From: Myxococcota bacterium
GTDB lineage: Bacteria; Myxococcota_A; Polyangia; Fen-1088
Assembly (NCBI GenBank): GCA_025934105.1
Contig: JAICYS010000003.1
Coordinates: 1-61,360, forward strand
DNA: 61,360 nt
Direction of reading: 5' to 3'
The translations under genes and the position numbers were made by a program. Shown here one piece after another: positions 51,951 to 61,360 of the stretch (positions are counted from its first letter, which is position 1; each line of letters begins with the position of its first letter). Under the pieces are notes generated by a model. It was not told the DNA's origin. It made no database searches and saw only the letters and a program-made list of their open reading frames with translations.

Positions 51951-52784
51951 ATGATCGGCAAGTCGGAGACGCTCGCAGTCCTGGGGACCGGCACGATGGG
52001 CGAGGCCATCTTGCGCGGGCTGCTGCGGGCAGGGAAGCTGGAAGCCAGCCAGATCATCGGCACCGACCGGCGGGCCGAGGTCACGCGCGCCATTCATGAG
52101 AAGCACGGCATCCGGACCACCTCCGACAACCGCGAGGCGGCGGCGGCGGCGCAGATCGTCCTTCTCTGCGTGAAACCGCACGAGGTCGAACCGCTGGTCA
52201 CCGACCCGGCGGTCGGGGCGGCGCTGGCCGGCAAGCTGGTGGTCAGCATCGCCGCCGGCGTCCGCCTGGACCAGCTGGCGGCCTGGCTGCCGAACAGCGC
52301 GGTGGTCCGCGCCATGCCCAATACGCCCTGCCTGATCGGCGAGGGGATGACCGTCATCGCGCGCGGCCCGCGGGTCACCGACGCGCAGGCGGCCACGGCG
52401 ATCGAGGTCTTCCAGTCGGTGGGCGGCTGCCTCGAGGCCGAGGACAAGGTGATGGACGCGGTCACCAGCTTGAACGGCAGCGGCCCGGCCTTCGCGTACA
52501 TCATGATCGAGGCGCTGACCGACGGCGGCGTGCGCATGGGGCTGCGGCGCGACACGGCCATGCAGATCGCCGCGCAGATGGTTCAGGGCGCGGCGCGCAT
52601 GGTGCTGCAGACCGGGATGCACCCGGCGGCGCTGAAGGACCAGGTCACGACCCCCGCCGGAAGCACCATCGCCGGCCTGCTGATCATGGAGGACGGCCGG
52701 ATCCGGTCGGTGATCGCGCGCGCCGTCGAGGAGGCGGCCAAGACGGCCGCCAAGCTGGGACAGCAAAAGCCGTCCGAGAAATGA
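51951..52784 (+). CDS. proC: Pyrroline-5-carboxylate reductase
   Basis: GTGTMG, VKP, SIAAG, RAMPNTP, GSGPA, VTTPAGST. Confidence 0.95.
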   Translation: MIGKSETLAVLGTGTMGEAILRGLLRAGKLEASQIIGTDRRAEVTRAIHEKHGIRTTSDNREAAAAAQIVLLCVKPHEVEPLVTDPAVGAALAGKLVVSIAAGVRLDQLAAWLPNSAVVRAMPNTPCLIGEGMTVIARGPRVTDAQAATAIEVFQSVGGCLEAEDKVMDAVTSLNGSGPAFAYIMIEALTDGGVRMGLRRDTAMQIAAQMVQGAARMVLQTGMHPAALKDQVTTPAGSTIAGLLIMEDGRIRSVIARAVEEAAKTAAKLGQQKPSEK

Positions 52785-53395
52785 AAGCGGCGGACGCGAT
52801 GCTGCCCACGTCTCGAGGCCGCCTCGGGCTGCTCGCGGCCGCGATCGCCGGGCTGGCGTCGGCGGGCCGCGCGTCGGCGCAAGAACCGGCGCCGCCCGCC
52901 GGACCACCCCCGGCGCTCACCGCGACGGCGGCTCCGGCCGGCGGCGGCTTCGGCGCGCCCGGGACCTGGGTCTTCACGTACGACACCGCGGACACCGGGT
53001 CGGGATATGCCTTCTTTCACGCCGTCAGCCACGGCCAGACGACCGTCGAGCTCAACCCCGGCGCCGACACGTTCCTGGCTCCCAACGTCTCGGTGGGCGG
53101 GAACCTGCTCTTCTCGCACACCAGCGGAAGCGGCAGCTCCGTCGGCGCCGACGTCCGCGCCGGCTACAACCTGAACCTGACCGAGAGCGTCGGCCTCTGG
53201 CCCACCGCGCGTTACTTCGTGGTGCACCACCCCAGCCCGGCGGGCACCGCGACCTTCTTCGTCGTGTTCGCCCCGTTCCTGTGGCACGCCACCCCGCACT
53301 TCTTCCTGGGCGGCGGCCCCGCCCTCAACGTCGGCGTGTCCGGCAACGACTACACCCAGTTCGGGCTGGACTTCACGCTAGGCGGCTGGCTGTGA
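52781..53395 (+). CDS. Small outer-membrane beta-barrel protein
   Basis: Signal peptide (ASA-Q), about 8 amphipathic strands, C-terminal FGLDFTLGGWL. Confidence 0.7.
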   Translation: MKAADAMLPTSRGRLGLLAAAIAGLASAGRASAQEPAPPAGPPPALTATAAPAGGGFGAPGTWVFTYDTADTGSGYAFFHAVSHGQTTVELNPGADTFLAPNVSVGGNLLFSHTSGSGSSVGADVRAGYNLNLTESVGLWPTARYFVVHHPSPAGTATFFVVFAPFLWHATPHFFLGGGPALNVGVSGNDYTQFGLDFTLGGWL

Positions 53396-55595
53396 GCCGG
53401 GCGCGCAGCCCCGAGGCGCGCGCCGCCACGTCGCCGTTCCGCACGGCCAGGCTCAGCGCCTTGCGCGTCCCGACCAGCACCACCAGCCGCTTGCCGCGCG
53501 TGATCGCGGTGTAGAGCAGGTTTCGCTGCAGCATCACGAAGTGCTGCGTGTGCACCGGCACCACCACCGCCGGGTACTCGGACCCTTGCGACTTGTGCAC
53601 GGTGGCCGCGTACGCCAGCACCAGCGCGTCCATCTCGTCGAGCGCGTACTCGATCGAGCGGTCGTCGAACTTCACGGTCACCGCGTCCTCGCCGACCGCC
53701 GCGATGAGGCCGGCGTCGCCGTTCCAGACCTCTTTGTCGTAGTCGTTCCGGATCTGCATGACCTTGTCGCCCAGCCGCAGCTCGCGCTGGCCGCGCGTCA
53801 CCCCGGGCGCGCCCGCGGTCAGCGCCTCTTGCAACAGGCGGTTCAAGTTGCCCGCCCCCAGCTCGCCCCGGTGCATGGGCGCCAGCACCTGGATCTCGTG
53901 CGGCGCGAGCCCGTAGCGCCGCGGCAACCGGACCGCCACCAGGTCGCGGATCAAGGCCGCCGCCGCCTCGGGGTTCTCCTCCTCGAGGAAGAAGAAGTCC
54001 CGCCTATCGGCCCCCCGGTCGCCGCCGGCCGGCGGCGCGCCCAGCTCGGGCAGCTCGCCCTGCTGGATGCGGTGCGCGTTGACGACGATCAGGCTCTCGG
54101 CGGCCTGCCGGAAGATCTCGGTCAGCCGCACGGTGGGCGCCGCGCCGCTGCCGATCACGTCGGCCAGCACCGACCCCGGGCCCACCGACGGCAGCTGATC
54201 GACGTCGCCGACCAGGATCAGCCGGGCGCGCGCCGGTAGCGCGGCGACCAGGTCCGCGCCCAGGCGCACGTCCAGCATCGAGGCTTCGTCGACGATCAGC
54301 GCGTCGCACTCGAGCGGAGTCTGCGCGTTGCGGCCGAAGGTGCCGCTGGCCGGCCGCCACTCCATCAGCCGGTGCAGCGTCGAGGCCGGGGCGCCGGTGG
54401 CATCGGACAGGCGCTTGGCCGCGCGCCCGGTGGGCGCCGCCAGCGCCACGGTCAGGCCGCGCTGGCGCAGGATCGAGACGATCCCGCGCACGATGGTGGT
54501 CTTGCCGACGCCCGGCCCGCCCGTCACGATCGCCGCCTTGGCCGCGATGGCCAGGCGCACCGCCTCGGCCTGCTGGCGCGCCAGCGAGATGCCGGCGGCC
54601 CGTTCGTAGCCGGCGATGGCGGCCTCCGCGTCGGGGACCACCGGCGGCCCGGGCGCCTCGATCAGCCGGCGCAAACCGGCGGCCAGCGCAACCTCGGCCC
54701 GGTAGAGGCTGGTCTCGTAGACGGCCGGGTCGGCCGGATCGTCGACCACCGACGCGTCGATGGCGACCTCGCCCGCGCGCGCCAGGCGATCGACGGCGGC
54801 CGCGACCGCCCCCTCGTCCTGCTCCAGCAGGGCGGCGGCCCGGGCGGCCAGCGCGCGCCGCGGGACGAACAGGTGGCCGTTGTTGGCCTCGTCGTCCAGC
54901 GTCTGGCGCACGCCCGCCTCGAGGCGGGCCGGCGCGTCCGGGCCCACGCCCAGCGCGGCGGCCAGCTTGTCGGCCGACCGGAAGCCGATCCCCCACACGT
55001 CGAAGGCCAGACGGTAGGGGTTCTCCCGGACGCGCGCGATGGCGGCGGCGCCGTAGCGCTTGTAGATGCGCGCGGCGAACGCGGGCGAGACGCCGTAGCC
55101 CTGCAGGAACACCATCACCTCGCGGATCTGACGCTGGGCCGCCCAGGCGTCGCGCACGGCCCGGGCCCGCGAGCGGCCGATGCCGGAGACCTCGCCGATG
55201 CGCGACGGATCGCGGTCCAGGATCTCCAGCGTCTCGATCCCGAAGCGGTCGACGATGCGGCCCGCCAGCTCGGGGCCGATGCCCTTGATGAGGCCCGAGC
55301 CCAGGTACTTGCGCAACCCTTCCAGCGTGGCGGGCGCGACCTCGGTGTAGCGCGCGATCCGGAACTGCTGGCCGAAGCGGGCGTTGGTCTCGAACCGGCC
55401 GCTCACGCGCAAGGAGGCGCCCTCGGGGACGCCCACCAGCGCCCCGACGATGGTGACGATGTCGCCGTCCCGGTCGAGCTTGAGACGCGCCACCGTGAAG
55501 GCGCCGTCGCCGCCGGAGTAGACCACGCGCTCGACCGTGCCCATCAGCGTCTCTGCCGCGGCGTCCGGCTCTGCCTTGCCGCCTCGGGCCGTCAC
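53373..55595 (-). CDS. recD2: RecD2 (RecD/TraA family) helicase
   Basis: YLGSGLIKGIG HhH, TGGPGVGKT, APTGRAA, DEASM, GDVDQLPSVG, TVHKSQGSE, YTAITR. Start uncertain (GTG 55595 or ATG 55544). Confidence 0.92.
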   Translation of the reverse strand: MTARGGKAEPDAAAETLMGTVERVVYSGGDGAFTVARLKLDRDGDIVTIVGALVGVPEGASLRVSGRFETNARFGQQFRIARYTEVAPATLEGLRKYLGSGLIKGIGPELAGRIVDRFGIETLEILDRDPSRIGEVSGIGRSRARAVRDAWAAQRQIREVMVFLQGYGVSPAFAARIYKRYGAAAIARVRENPYRLAFDVWGIGFRSADKLAAALGVGPDAPARLEAGVRQTLDDEANNGHLFVPRRALAARAAALLEQDEGAVAAAVDRLARAGEVAIDASVVDDPADPAVYETSLYRAEVALAAGLRRLIEAPGPPVVPDAEAAIAGYERAAGISLARQQAEAVRLAIAAKAAIVTGGPGVGKTTIVRGIVSILRQRGLTVALAAPTGRAAKRLSDATGAPASTLHRLMEWRPASGTFGRNAQTPLECDALIVDEASMLDVRLGADLVAALPARARLILVGDVDQLPSVGPGSVLADVIGSGAAPTVRLTEIFRQAAESLIVVNAHRIQQGELPELGAPPAGGDRGADRRDFFFLEEENPEAAAALIRDLVAVRLPRRYGLAPHEIQVLAPMHRGELGAGNLNRLLQEALTAGAPGVTRGQRELRLGDKVMQIRNDYDKEVWNGDAGLIAAVGEDAVTVKFDDRSIEYALDEMDALVLAYAATVHKSQGSEYPAVVVPVHTQHFVMLQRNLLYTAITRGKRLVVLVGTRKALSLAVRNGDVAARASGLRARLTASRLA

Positions 55596-55675
55596 GCCGG
55601 CGCGGTCGAAGAGGTCCACCTCCCAGATGGGAGCACGCTGGGACAGCGCCTTCAACGTGGTAGTTTTATCCGTCC

Positions 55676-58336
55676 ATGGCGCTGCCGCCTCCGTTGCCCC
55701 CCGACGCCCGGCGGCGTCCGCCCACACCTCCGGCGCCTCCACCGCCGCCCCCGCCTGCGCCGCCGCCCGCCGCGGCGCCTCCGCCTCCACCGGAGCCGCC
55801 CCCGCCCGCGCCGCCGGCGGCGCCCGGCGAGGCGACCGTGGAGGTCGTCAACCCGTCGGACGGCGGGTTCTGGTTCTGGCTGCTGCGCTTTTACGCCTTC
55901 GGGTTCCTGTGCGCGCTCGGCGCGCTGCTGCTGGGCGGGTTCGGCGCCTACGTGTATTTCGCCGCCACGCTGCCGCCGCTGCCGAACCTGACCACGTACC
56001 ACGAGAGCGCGGCCACCACGACGGTCTTCCGCGGGTTGGACGGCACGCCGCTCGGCGAGCTGGCCACCGAGCGGCGCGAGATCCTGTCGTTCGACCAGTT
56101 TCCGCCGCAGCTCGTACACGCGTTCCTGGCCGCCGAGGACCGGCGCTTTTACCAGCACGACGGGCTCGACTACCGGGGCATTGCCCGCGCGCTCGGCGCC
56201 AACCTGCGCGCCGGCGAAGTGGCGCAAGGGGGCTCGACCATCACGCAGCAGGTCGCCAAGTCGTTCCTCTCGTCGGAACGCACCATCGAGCGAAAGATCC
56301 GCGAGGCGATCCTGGCGCGGCGGCTGGAACGGCGGAACAGCAAGGGCGACATCCTGACGCTGTACTTGAACCAGGTGTTCCTGGGGCACGGCGCGTACGG
56401 CGTCGCGGCCGGCGCGCGCACCTACTTCGACAAGGCGGTGGCCGATCTCGACGTGGGCGAGATGGCGCTCTTGGCCGGCCTGGTGCGCGCACCGTCGCGC
56501 TTTTCGCCGCTGGCCAACCTGGACAAGGCGCGCGCCCGGCGCGACCAGGTCCTGAGCGCCATGGTGGCGGCCGGGTACCTGTCCGACGACGAGGCCAACC
56601 GCTGGCGGGCCCGCCCGGTGATCATCCGGCAGCGGCCGGACTTTTTCCGGGCCGTCTCGCCCTACTTCAGCGAGCAGGTTCGCCGCGACGTCAGCAAGCG
56701 CTACGGGGACAAGAAACTCTACGAGGGAGGGCTGGACGTCGAGACCACGCTGCTCCCCTGGATCGACGTGGCCGCGCAAGAGAACGTCGACTTCTCGCTG
56801 CGCAAGCTGGACAAGCGGCAGGGGTGGCGCGGTCCGCTGGCCCGTCTCGGCCCGGCCGCCGCCGACGAATTTCGCCGGCGGGTGGCCGCCAAGTACGGCG
56901 GCGACCCGCCCGTCGAGGGACGGCTCTACCTGGGACTGGTGGAAGGTGCGGCCGAGGGGGGGGCCTACCGGGTCCGCGTCGGCACGCACGTCTACAAGCT
57001 GCCGGCCGGCAACATGCTCTGGGCGGTGCCGTACAGCGCGAAGGACAGCGTCAACGACCGCAAGCTCCAGTCGACGGTGGGGGTCCTGCACACCGGCGAC
57101 GTCGTCTGGGTCAAGAACGCGCACCAGTCCAAGCGCGCCCGGTTTTCCGACTGGGTCTACGACAGCAAGAGCGAGGTGCAGTGGCTGCCCGCCTACGACG
57201 AGACGAAGCTGGGCAAAAAGCCGCCGCCCGTCGAGCTGACGCTGGAACAGACGCCGCGCGTGCAAGGGACGCTGTTCACGTACGACCACGGCTCGGGCTA
57301 CGTCCTGGCGATGGTGGGCGGCGACGACTACGACCGCTCCGAGTTCAATCGGGTCACCCAGGCCTGCCGCCAGCCCGGCTCGGCGTACAAGCCGATGTAT
57401 TACTCGCTGGCGCTGGACCGCGGCTACGGGTTCGGGTCGCTGCTGAACGACGTCCCGCGCGCCGAGGTCGACCCCATCACCGGCGAGGTCTGGACGCCGA
57501 CCGACCTCAACAACACCTCCGACTACCAGGTCACGCTGGAGTACGCGCTCATCTGGTCGAAGAACGTCCCGTCGGTGCAGCTGTTCAAGCTGATGGGCGG
57601 CCACGACGTCGAGGCCTGGGCGCGCCGGCTGGGGATCACGACGCCGATCATCCCGGACCAGGCGCTGGCGCTGGGCGCGTCCTGCTCGCGCATCGACGAG
57701 ATGACCCGCGCGTTTTCGGCCTTCGCGCGCAACGGCCTGCTCATCGACCCGGTCACCGTCCGCCGCATCCGGGATCGCACCGGCACGGTCATCGAGGACC
57801 ACAGCGCGCTCGGCGATCCGTTCGGCACGCCGTCCGAGCGCCTCGATCGGCTGATGCAGCTGGGCGTCGCCAAGGCGCCGAAACCGGTCATCCCGCCCCG
57901 CACCGCCTGGCTGACCTCGAAGCTGCTGCGCCACGTGGTGACGCGCGGCCACGCGCCCTCCATCCGCAGCTCCGGGCTGCCGGCCGCCGGCAAGACCGGC
58001 ACCTCCAGCGCCACCATGGACACCTGGTTCATCGGCTACACCTCGCGCTGGATGACGTCGGCCTGGATCGGCGACGACCTGCGCGAGCGCCCGCTGGGCC
58101 AGAAGGACGCCGCCTTCATGCTGACGGTGCCCGAATTCGCCCGCTACCTGACGCAGGTGACGGCGGCGCAGCCGCTGGAAGAGATCCCGTGGGAGCGGCC
58201 GCCCGGCGTGAGGCCCGACGACACCGGCGGGACGGTCCGCACCACGATGGAGGAGGTGCTGGCCGACGGCCAGGAGAGCCCGCCCGGGCACAAAGCTGTC
58301 CGCCCCGCCGCGCGCCCGCCGGCGCAGCCGCACTGA
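55676..58336 (+). CDS. mrcA: Class A penicillin-binding protein (PBP1A)
   Basis: TM anchor. GT51 motifs EDRRFYQHDG, GSTITQQ, RKIRE. Transpeptidase motifs SAYK, SKN, KTG. Pro-rich N-terminus. Confidence 0.9.
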   Translation: MALPPPLPPDARRRPPTPPAPPPPPPPAPPPAAAPPPPPEPPPPAPPAAPGEATVEVVNPSDGGFWFWLLRFYAFGFLCALGALLLGGFGAYVYFAATLPPLPNLTTYHESAATTTVFRGLDGTPLGELATERREILSFDQFPPQLVHAFLAAEDRRFYQHDGLDYRGIARALGANLRAGEVAQGGSTITQQVAKSFLSSERTIERKIREAILARRLERRNSKGDILTLYLNQVFLGHGAYGVAAGARTYFDKAVADLDVGEMALLAGLVRAPSRFSPLANLDKARARRDQVLSAMVAAGYLSDDEANRWRARPVIIRQRPDFFRAVSPYFSEQVRRDVSKRYGDKKLYEGGLDVETTLLPWIDVAAQENVDFSLRKLDKRQGWRGPLARLGPAAADEFRRRVAAKYGGDPPVEGRLYLGLVEGAAEGGAYRVRVGTHVYKLPAGNMLWAVPYSAKDSVNDRKLQSTVGVLHTGDVVWVKNAHQSKRARFSDWVYDSKSEVQWLPAYDETKLGKKPPPVELTLEQTPRVQGTLFTYDHGSGYVLAMVGGDDYDRSEFNRVTQACRQPGSAYKPMYYSLALDRGYGFGSLLNDVPRAEVDPITGEVWTPTDLNNTSDYQVTLEYALIWSKNVPSVQLFKLMGGHDVEAWARRLGITTPIIPDQALALGASCSRIDEMTRAFSAFARNGLLIDPVTVRRIRDRTGTVIEDHSALGDPFGTPSERLDRLMQLGVAKAPKPVIPPRTAWLTSKLLRHVVTRGHAPSIRSSGLPAAGKTGTSSATMDTWFIGYTSRWMTSAWIGDDLRERPLGQKDAAFMLTVPEFARYLTQVTAAQPLEEIPWERPPGVRPDDTGGTVRTTMEEVLADGQESPPGHKAVRPAARPPAQPH

Positions 58337-58401
58337 CGCCCGGGACCCGGGCGCAGGCCGGCGGCGAGCGGGCCGCCCCGGACGGCCGCGCGCGGCGAGA
58401 C

Positions 58402-59682
58402 TCACCCGCCGAGGAGGCGCAGGGCCACGCCCATCAGACGGACCAGCTCGTCGTGGCTGGCGGTGAGGTGAACGTGGATGGCGCGCGCGTCGCGGTCCAG
58501 GGCCACGCGCCCGATGAGCGGCGAAAAGCCGCCCAGGATGACCAGCGGGTTGCCGCGCAGCTTGGCGCGCAGGTCGGGCCACTCCGCCTCCCAGTGGCGG
58601 GCCTGCGCCTCGTCGGCGAAGTCCGCGGTCAGGTCCACGAACGCCTCGCCGTCCTGGATGCCGGCGACGGCGCGGGCGGCGGACGGGACCTCCATGCCGT
58701 AAATCAGCGGTGGCTGGCCGTCGCGCGACTTGAAGATGTCGGCGGCGCTCACCATGACGTCGCCGTCGGGCGGCATGAGCCCCTCCTCCGCGTCGATGCG
58801 GGAGAGCAGCGTCGCCCAGTCCATCGCCACCGGGGCCCCGCCGTCGGTCCCCGCGTCCGGGCCGCCGTCGGCGCGCGGCGGGCCGCCGTCGCGCGGGGCG
58901 TGCTGCAGCAGCAGCGCCCGGTAGGCCGGCGGCGTCACCACCACCAGCCCGGGCGCCGGCAGCACGATCAGCCGGTCGTCGCGCGACCACCCGGCCGCCT
59001 TGTGCGTGGCATGCCGCTCGCCGATCCAGCGCCCGCGATCGTGCGACCAGGCCAGGGTGCGGCCGGTGGCGCGCGCCCCCTGGTCCAGCGCCGCGCGCAA
59101 CTTGTCTTCGTCCAGCCGGTGGCGAACGGCCAGGAAGGTCACCGTCGGATCCAGCGGGTGCGGCGTCGCGATGAGGAGCGCGTCGAACGCCTGGAAGAGG
59201 TCGAGGCCGGTCCCCTCGAGGAGATCGTGGTGGTCCGGCAAGCGGGCCAGGAGCGCGTCGATGCCCGGCGCCAGATCGCTGGACCGCAGTCGATCCAGCC
59301 GCAAGAGCACCGTCAGGCGCGAGCCGCGCGGTCCGTACGCGGTCAGATCGTCGGTGGGCGCCGGCCCGCTGGCCGCGTCCTCGTCCTTGGCGCGCACCTG
59401 TCCGGGCCGTTCGCGCTCGTCGGCCCGCGTCCCCGCCAGCTCGGCCTGCTCCTCGGCGTGGGCCGCGCGGTGGTGGGCGCGCCGCGAGGCCCGCGCCGGA
59501 GCGGCGGCGCCGGCCAGAGGCCCCCCGAGCGGCAAGTCCGTGACCTGCTGGGCGCCGAGGCCGGTGATCTCGACGTCGATCGTCCCCTGCCACGGGCGCG
59601 CGCCGATCCCCAGCGCCGCCACGATCAGGCCGAGGTGGACCAGCAGCGACAGGCCGAGCGCCACGCTCCAACGGCGCGCCAT
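58402..59682 (-). CDS. Hypothetical membrane-anchored periplasmic protein
   Basis: ATG at 59682, TonB-like anchor SLLVHLG, low-complexity linker, large globular domain. High GC3. Confidence 0.7.
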   Translation of the reverse strand: MARRWSVALGLSLLVHLGLIVAALGIGARPWQGTIDVEITGLGAQQVTDLPLGGPLAGAAAPARASRRAHHRAAHAEEQAELAGTRADERERPGQVRAKDEDAASGPAPTDDLTAYGPRGSRLTVLLRLDRLRSSDLAPGIDALLARLPDHHDLLEGTGLDLFQAFDALLIATPHPLDPTVTFLAVRHRLDEDKLRAALDQGARATGRTLAWSHDRGRWIGERHATHKAAGWSRDDRLIVLPAPGLVVVTPPAYRALLLQHAPRDGGPPRADGGPDAGTDGGAPVAMDWATLLSRIDAEEGLMPPDGDVMVSAADIFKSRDGQPPLIYGMEVPSAARAVAGIQDGEAFVDLTADFADEAQARHWEAEWPDLRAKLRGNPLVILGGFSPLIGRVALDRDARAIHVHLTASHDELVRLMGVALRLLGG

Positions 59683-59723
59683 GGTTGCCAGTATAGGCCG
59701 GCCGGCGCGCCGGCCGGGCGATC

Positions 59724-60257
59724 TCAGACGGCCTGGCGGGCGGCGATCACCGACGCAGGGGGCGCGACACCGACGGTGAGCACCGCCCCCTCGCGCGGCC
59801 ACTCTTGCACGATCTCCTGCAGCGCCGCCGAGAGGAACGCGCCCGCCACCCGGGCCGCCGCCGCGTCGCTGGTGGTGGCGTCCGCCGCGATCAGCCGGCC
59901 GCCGGGCCGCAGCGACGGGATCAGACCGGCCACCCAACGTTGCGCGTCGGCCGGCTCCAGCCCGGCGGCATTTTCGATGACCACCGCCGACAGCGAGCCG
60001 CGCCGGACCGGCAGGTCGGCCGCGGCCAGCGCCACGTCCAGCGGTTGATTCTCTTTCCGCGCGCGGCGCCGCACCCGGATGGCCTGCGGGCGCCCCTCGC
60101 TTTCGATCAGCACCAGCGCCACCCCGCCGCGCGCCAGGGCTGCTCCCAGCCAGGGCGGACCCAGCACGACGACCGGCCCGTGTCCCTGGGTCCACCGCAA
60201 CAAGGCCTCCAGAGCCGGCTGGCTGCCGAGGGGACCAGAGAGCAGAGGGCCGCGCAT
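59724..60257 (-). CDS. Hypothetical protein, degenerate SAM-methyltransferase-like fold
   Basis: LPVRRGSLSAV and SLRPGGRLI resemble class I MTase motifs, but there is no GxGxG. Confidence 0.55.
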   Translation of the reverse strand: MRGPLLSGPLGSQPALEALLRWTQGHGPVVVLGPPWLGAALARGGVALVLIESEGRPQAIRVRRRARKENQPLDVALAAADLPVRRGSLSAVVIENAAGLEPADAQRWVAGLIPSLRPGGRLIAADATTSDAAAARVAGAFLSAALQEIVQEWPREGAVLTVGVAPPASVIAARQAV

Positions 60258-60285
60258 GTCGCCCGCAAGCTAACATGAGCGCACC

Positions 60286-61360
60286 ATGCCGGCGCGCCCC
60301 GCGATCGCGTTCTGTGTCCCGGTCGAACCGTCCGCGCCGGCCGACCGCATCGGCGGCAAGGCGCGATCGCTGCTAGCCCTGCGCGCCGCCGGCCTGCCGG
60401 CGCCGCCGGCCTTCGCGGTGACCACGGAGCTGTTCGCGGCGCTGCGGCGGGATGGCCCGCGCCTGCCCGGGCGGCTGGACGCAGCCGGTGCGCTCGCGAC
60501 GCTGGAGGAAGCGGTTCGCGCCCTGCGGGCCGCGCCCTGGCCGGACGGGTTCCTGGACGAGCTTCGGGCTCACCTCTCGAGGCTGGGGGCGGGATCGCTC
60601 TCGGTGCGCTCTTCCGCCGAGACGGAGGACGATCCGGCGGCGCTGGCGGCTGGGCTCTATCAGTCGTGCGTCGGCGTCGCGCCTTCCGACGTGGAACGCG
60701 CGCTGCGCGAGGTGCTGGCCACCGCGCTGTCGCCGGCGGTGGTGGCTTACGCCGGCCGGCGCGGGCGCGCGGCGGACGAGCTGTCGATGGCGGCCCTGGT
60801 CCATCCGTTCGTCGCCGGCCGCGCGTCGGGCACGGCCGCGCTGGACGCCGCGGCCGGGGCGCGCCCCATCGTCGAGGCGCGCGGCCCGGTGACCGCCGCG
60901 TTGCGCGCGCAGCTGGAGGCGGCGCTGTCCACGCTGGCGGCACGCCACGGGTCCGTCGAGGTCGAATGGGTCGCCGAGGCCGACGCCCCGCTGTTCCTGC
61001 AGCTTCGCCCGTTCCGGGCGGGCGGCGGCCGGCGCGCGGCGGCCGGCGATCCGGAATGGCGCTGGGACGCGGCCCACAACCCGTTGCCGCTGTCGCCGGC
61101 GCAGGCCGGTCTGGTGGCGTTCGTCGACGCGCGCTGCGCGGTGCCCTTCGCGCAGCGGGTGATCGACGGGTATCTGTTTTACCGCCCGCGGCCCCCCGCG
61201 ACGGCGCCGGCGGCTGACGCGCGCGAGGCGCTGGCCTCGCTGCAGCGGCGCGCCGCGGACCGGCTGTCGCGGGCCGAGCCGCTGGAAGACGCGCTGGAAA
61301 CGTTCGCCGCCGTGTACGAGCCGCTCTTTGCCGTGGTTCAACCGGCCGCCCGCGCCGCGC
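60286..61360 (+). CDS. Partial PEP-utilising enzyme (PEP synthase/rifampicin phosphotransferase-like)
   Basis: Runs off the window. IGGKA, GLPAPPAFAVT, SVRSSA.EDD...AGLYQS, EVEW, LQLRP, then WDAAHNPLPLSP. Confidence 0.8.
   Translation, partial: MPARPAIAFCVPVEPSAPADRIGGKARSLLALRAAGLPAPPAFAVTTELFAALRRDGPRLPGRLDAAGALATLEEAVRALRAAPWPDGFLDELRAHLSRLGAGSLSVRSSAETEDDPAALAAGLYQSCVGVAPSDVERALREVLATALSPAVVAYAGRRGRAADELSMAALVHPFVAGRASGTAALDAAAGARPIVEARGPVTAALRAQLEAALSTLAARHGSVEVEWVAEADAPLFLQLRPFRAGGGRRAAAGDPEWRWDAAHNPLPLSPAQAGLVAFVDARCAVPFAQRVIDGYLFYRPRPPATAPAADAREALASLQRRAADRLSRAEPLEDALETFAAVYEPLFAVVQPAARAA

Noticed and set aside
55537-60048. Very long ORFs (1503 aa plus strand, 1339 aa minus strand; also 43591-46599, 11480-14158, 181-2661)
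   Set aside because: Arg/Pro/Ala-rich shadow frames overlapping clearly identified genes, expected where stop codons are rare in high-GC DNA.

Overview
Very GC-rich bacterial chromosomal segment, most likely Myxococcota (inferred from a CdnL-type CarD protein and Gly/Ser-linker and Cys-rich lipoproteins). It holds about 55 genes, mostly housekeeping: acyl-CoA mutase, RNA methyltransferases, an M16 peptidase pair, hrcA-grpE-dnaJ, iscS-thiI-larE, ABC-F, cdnL, etfBA, aspC-coaD-rsmD, nadC-birA-uppP, sulfate assimilation and siroheme genes, proBA/proC, recD2, PBP1A and a partial PEP-utilising enzyme. I saw no rRNA, tRNA or CRISPR array. Best candidates for new biology: (1) a putative porin-cytochrome operon (degenerate MotB/OmpA-like protein, predicted beta-barrel, 13-heme cytochrome c) followed by an M15 peptidase; (2) a cysteine-free Rrf2 regulator ending in MYFI and coupled to cysK, resembling the Firmicute CymR-CysK sensor; (3) two copies of a ~166-bp CTAG-bounded palindromic MITE; (4) a lower-GC island with a shattered cytochrome c pseudogene, a Cys-rich lipoprotein and a GT-C glycosyltransferase; (5) two genes that appear to need CTG starts; (6) TANNNT boxes 6-10 nt before many start codons, suggesting leaderless transcripts; (7) a GH12 lipoprotein whose catalytic nucleophile is replaced by Tyr; (8) an acyl-CoA mutase with the isobutyryl-CoA mutase F/Q signature. 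All calls come from reading motifs by eye; no database searches were run.
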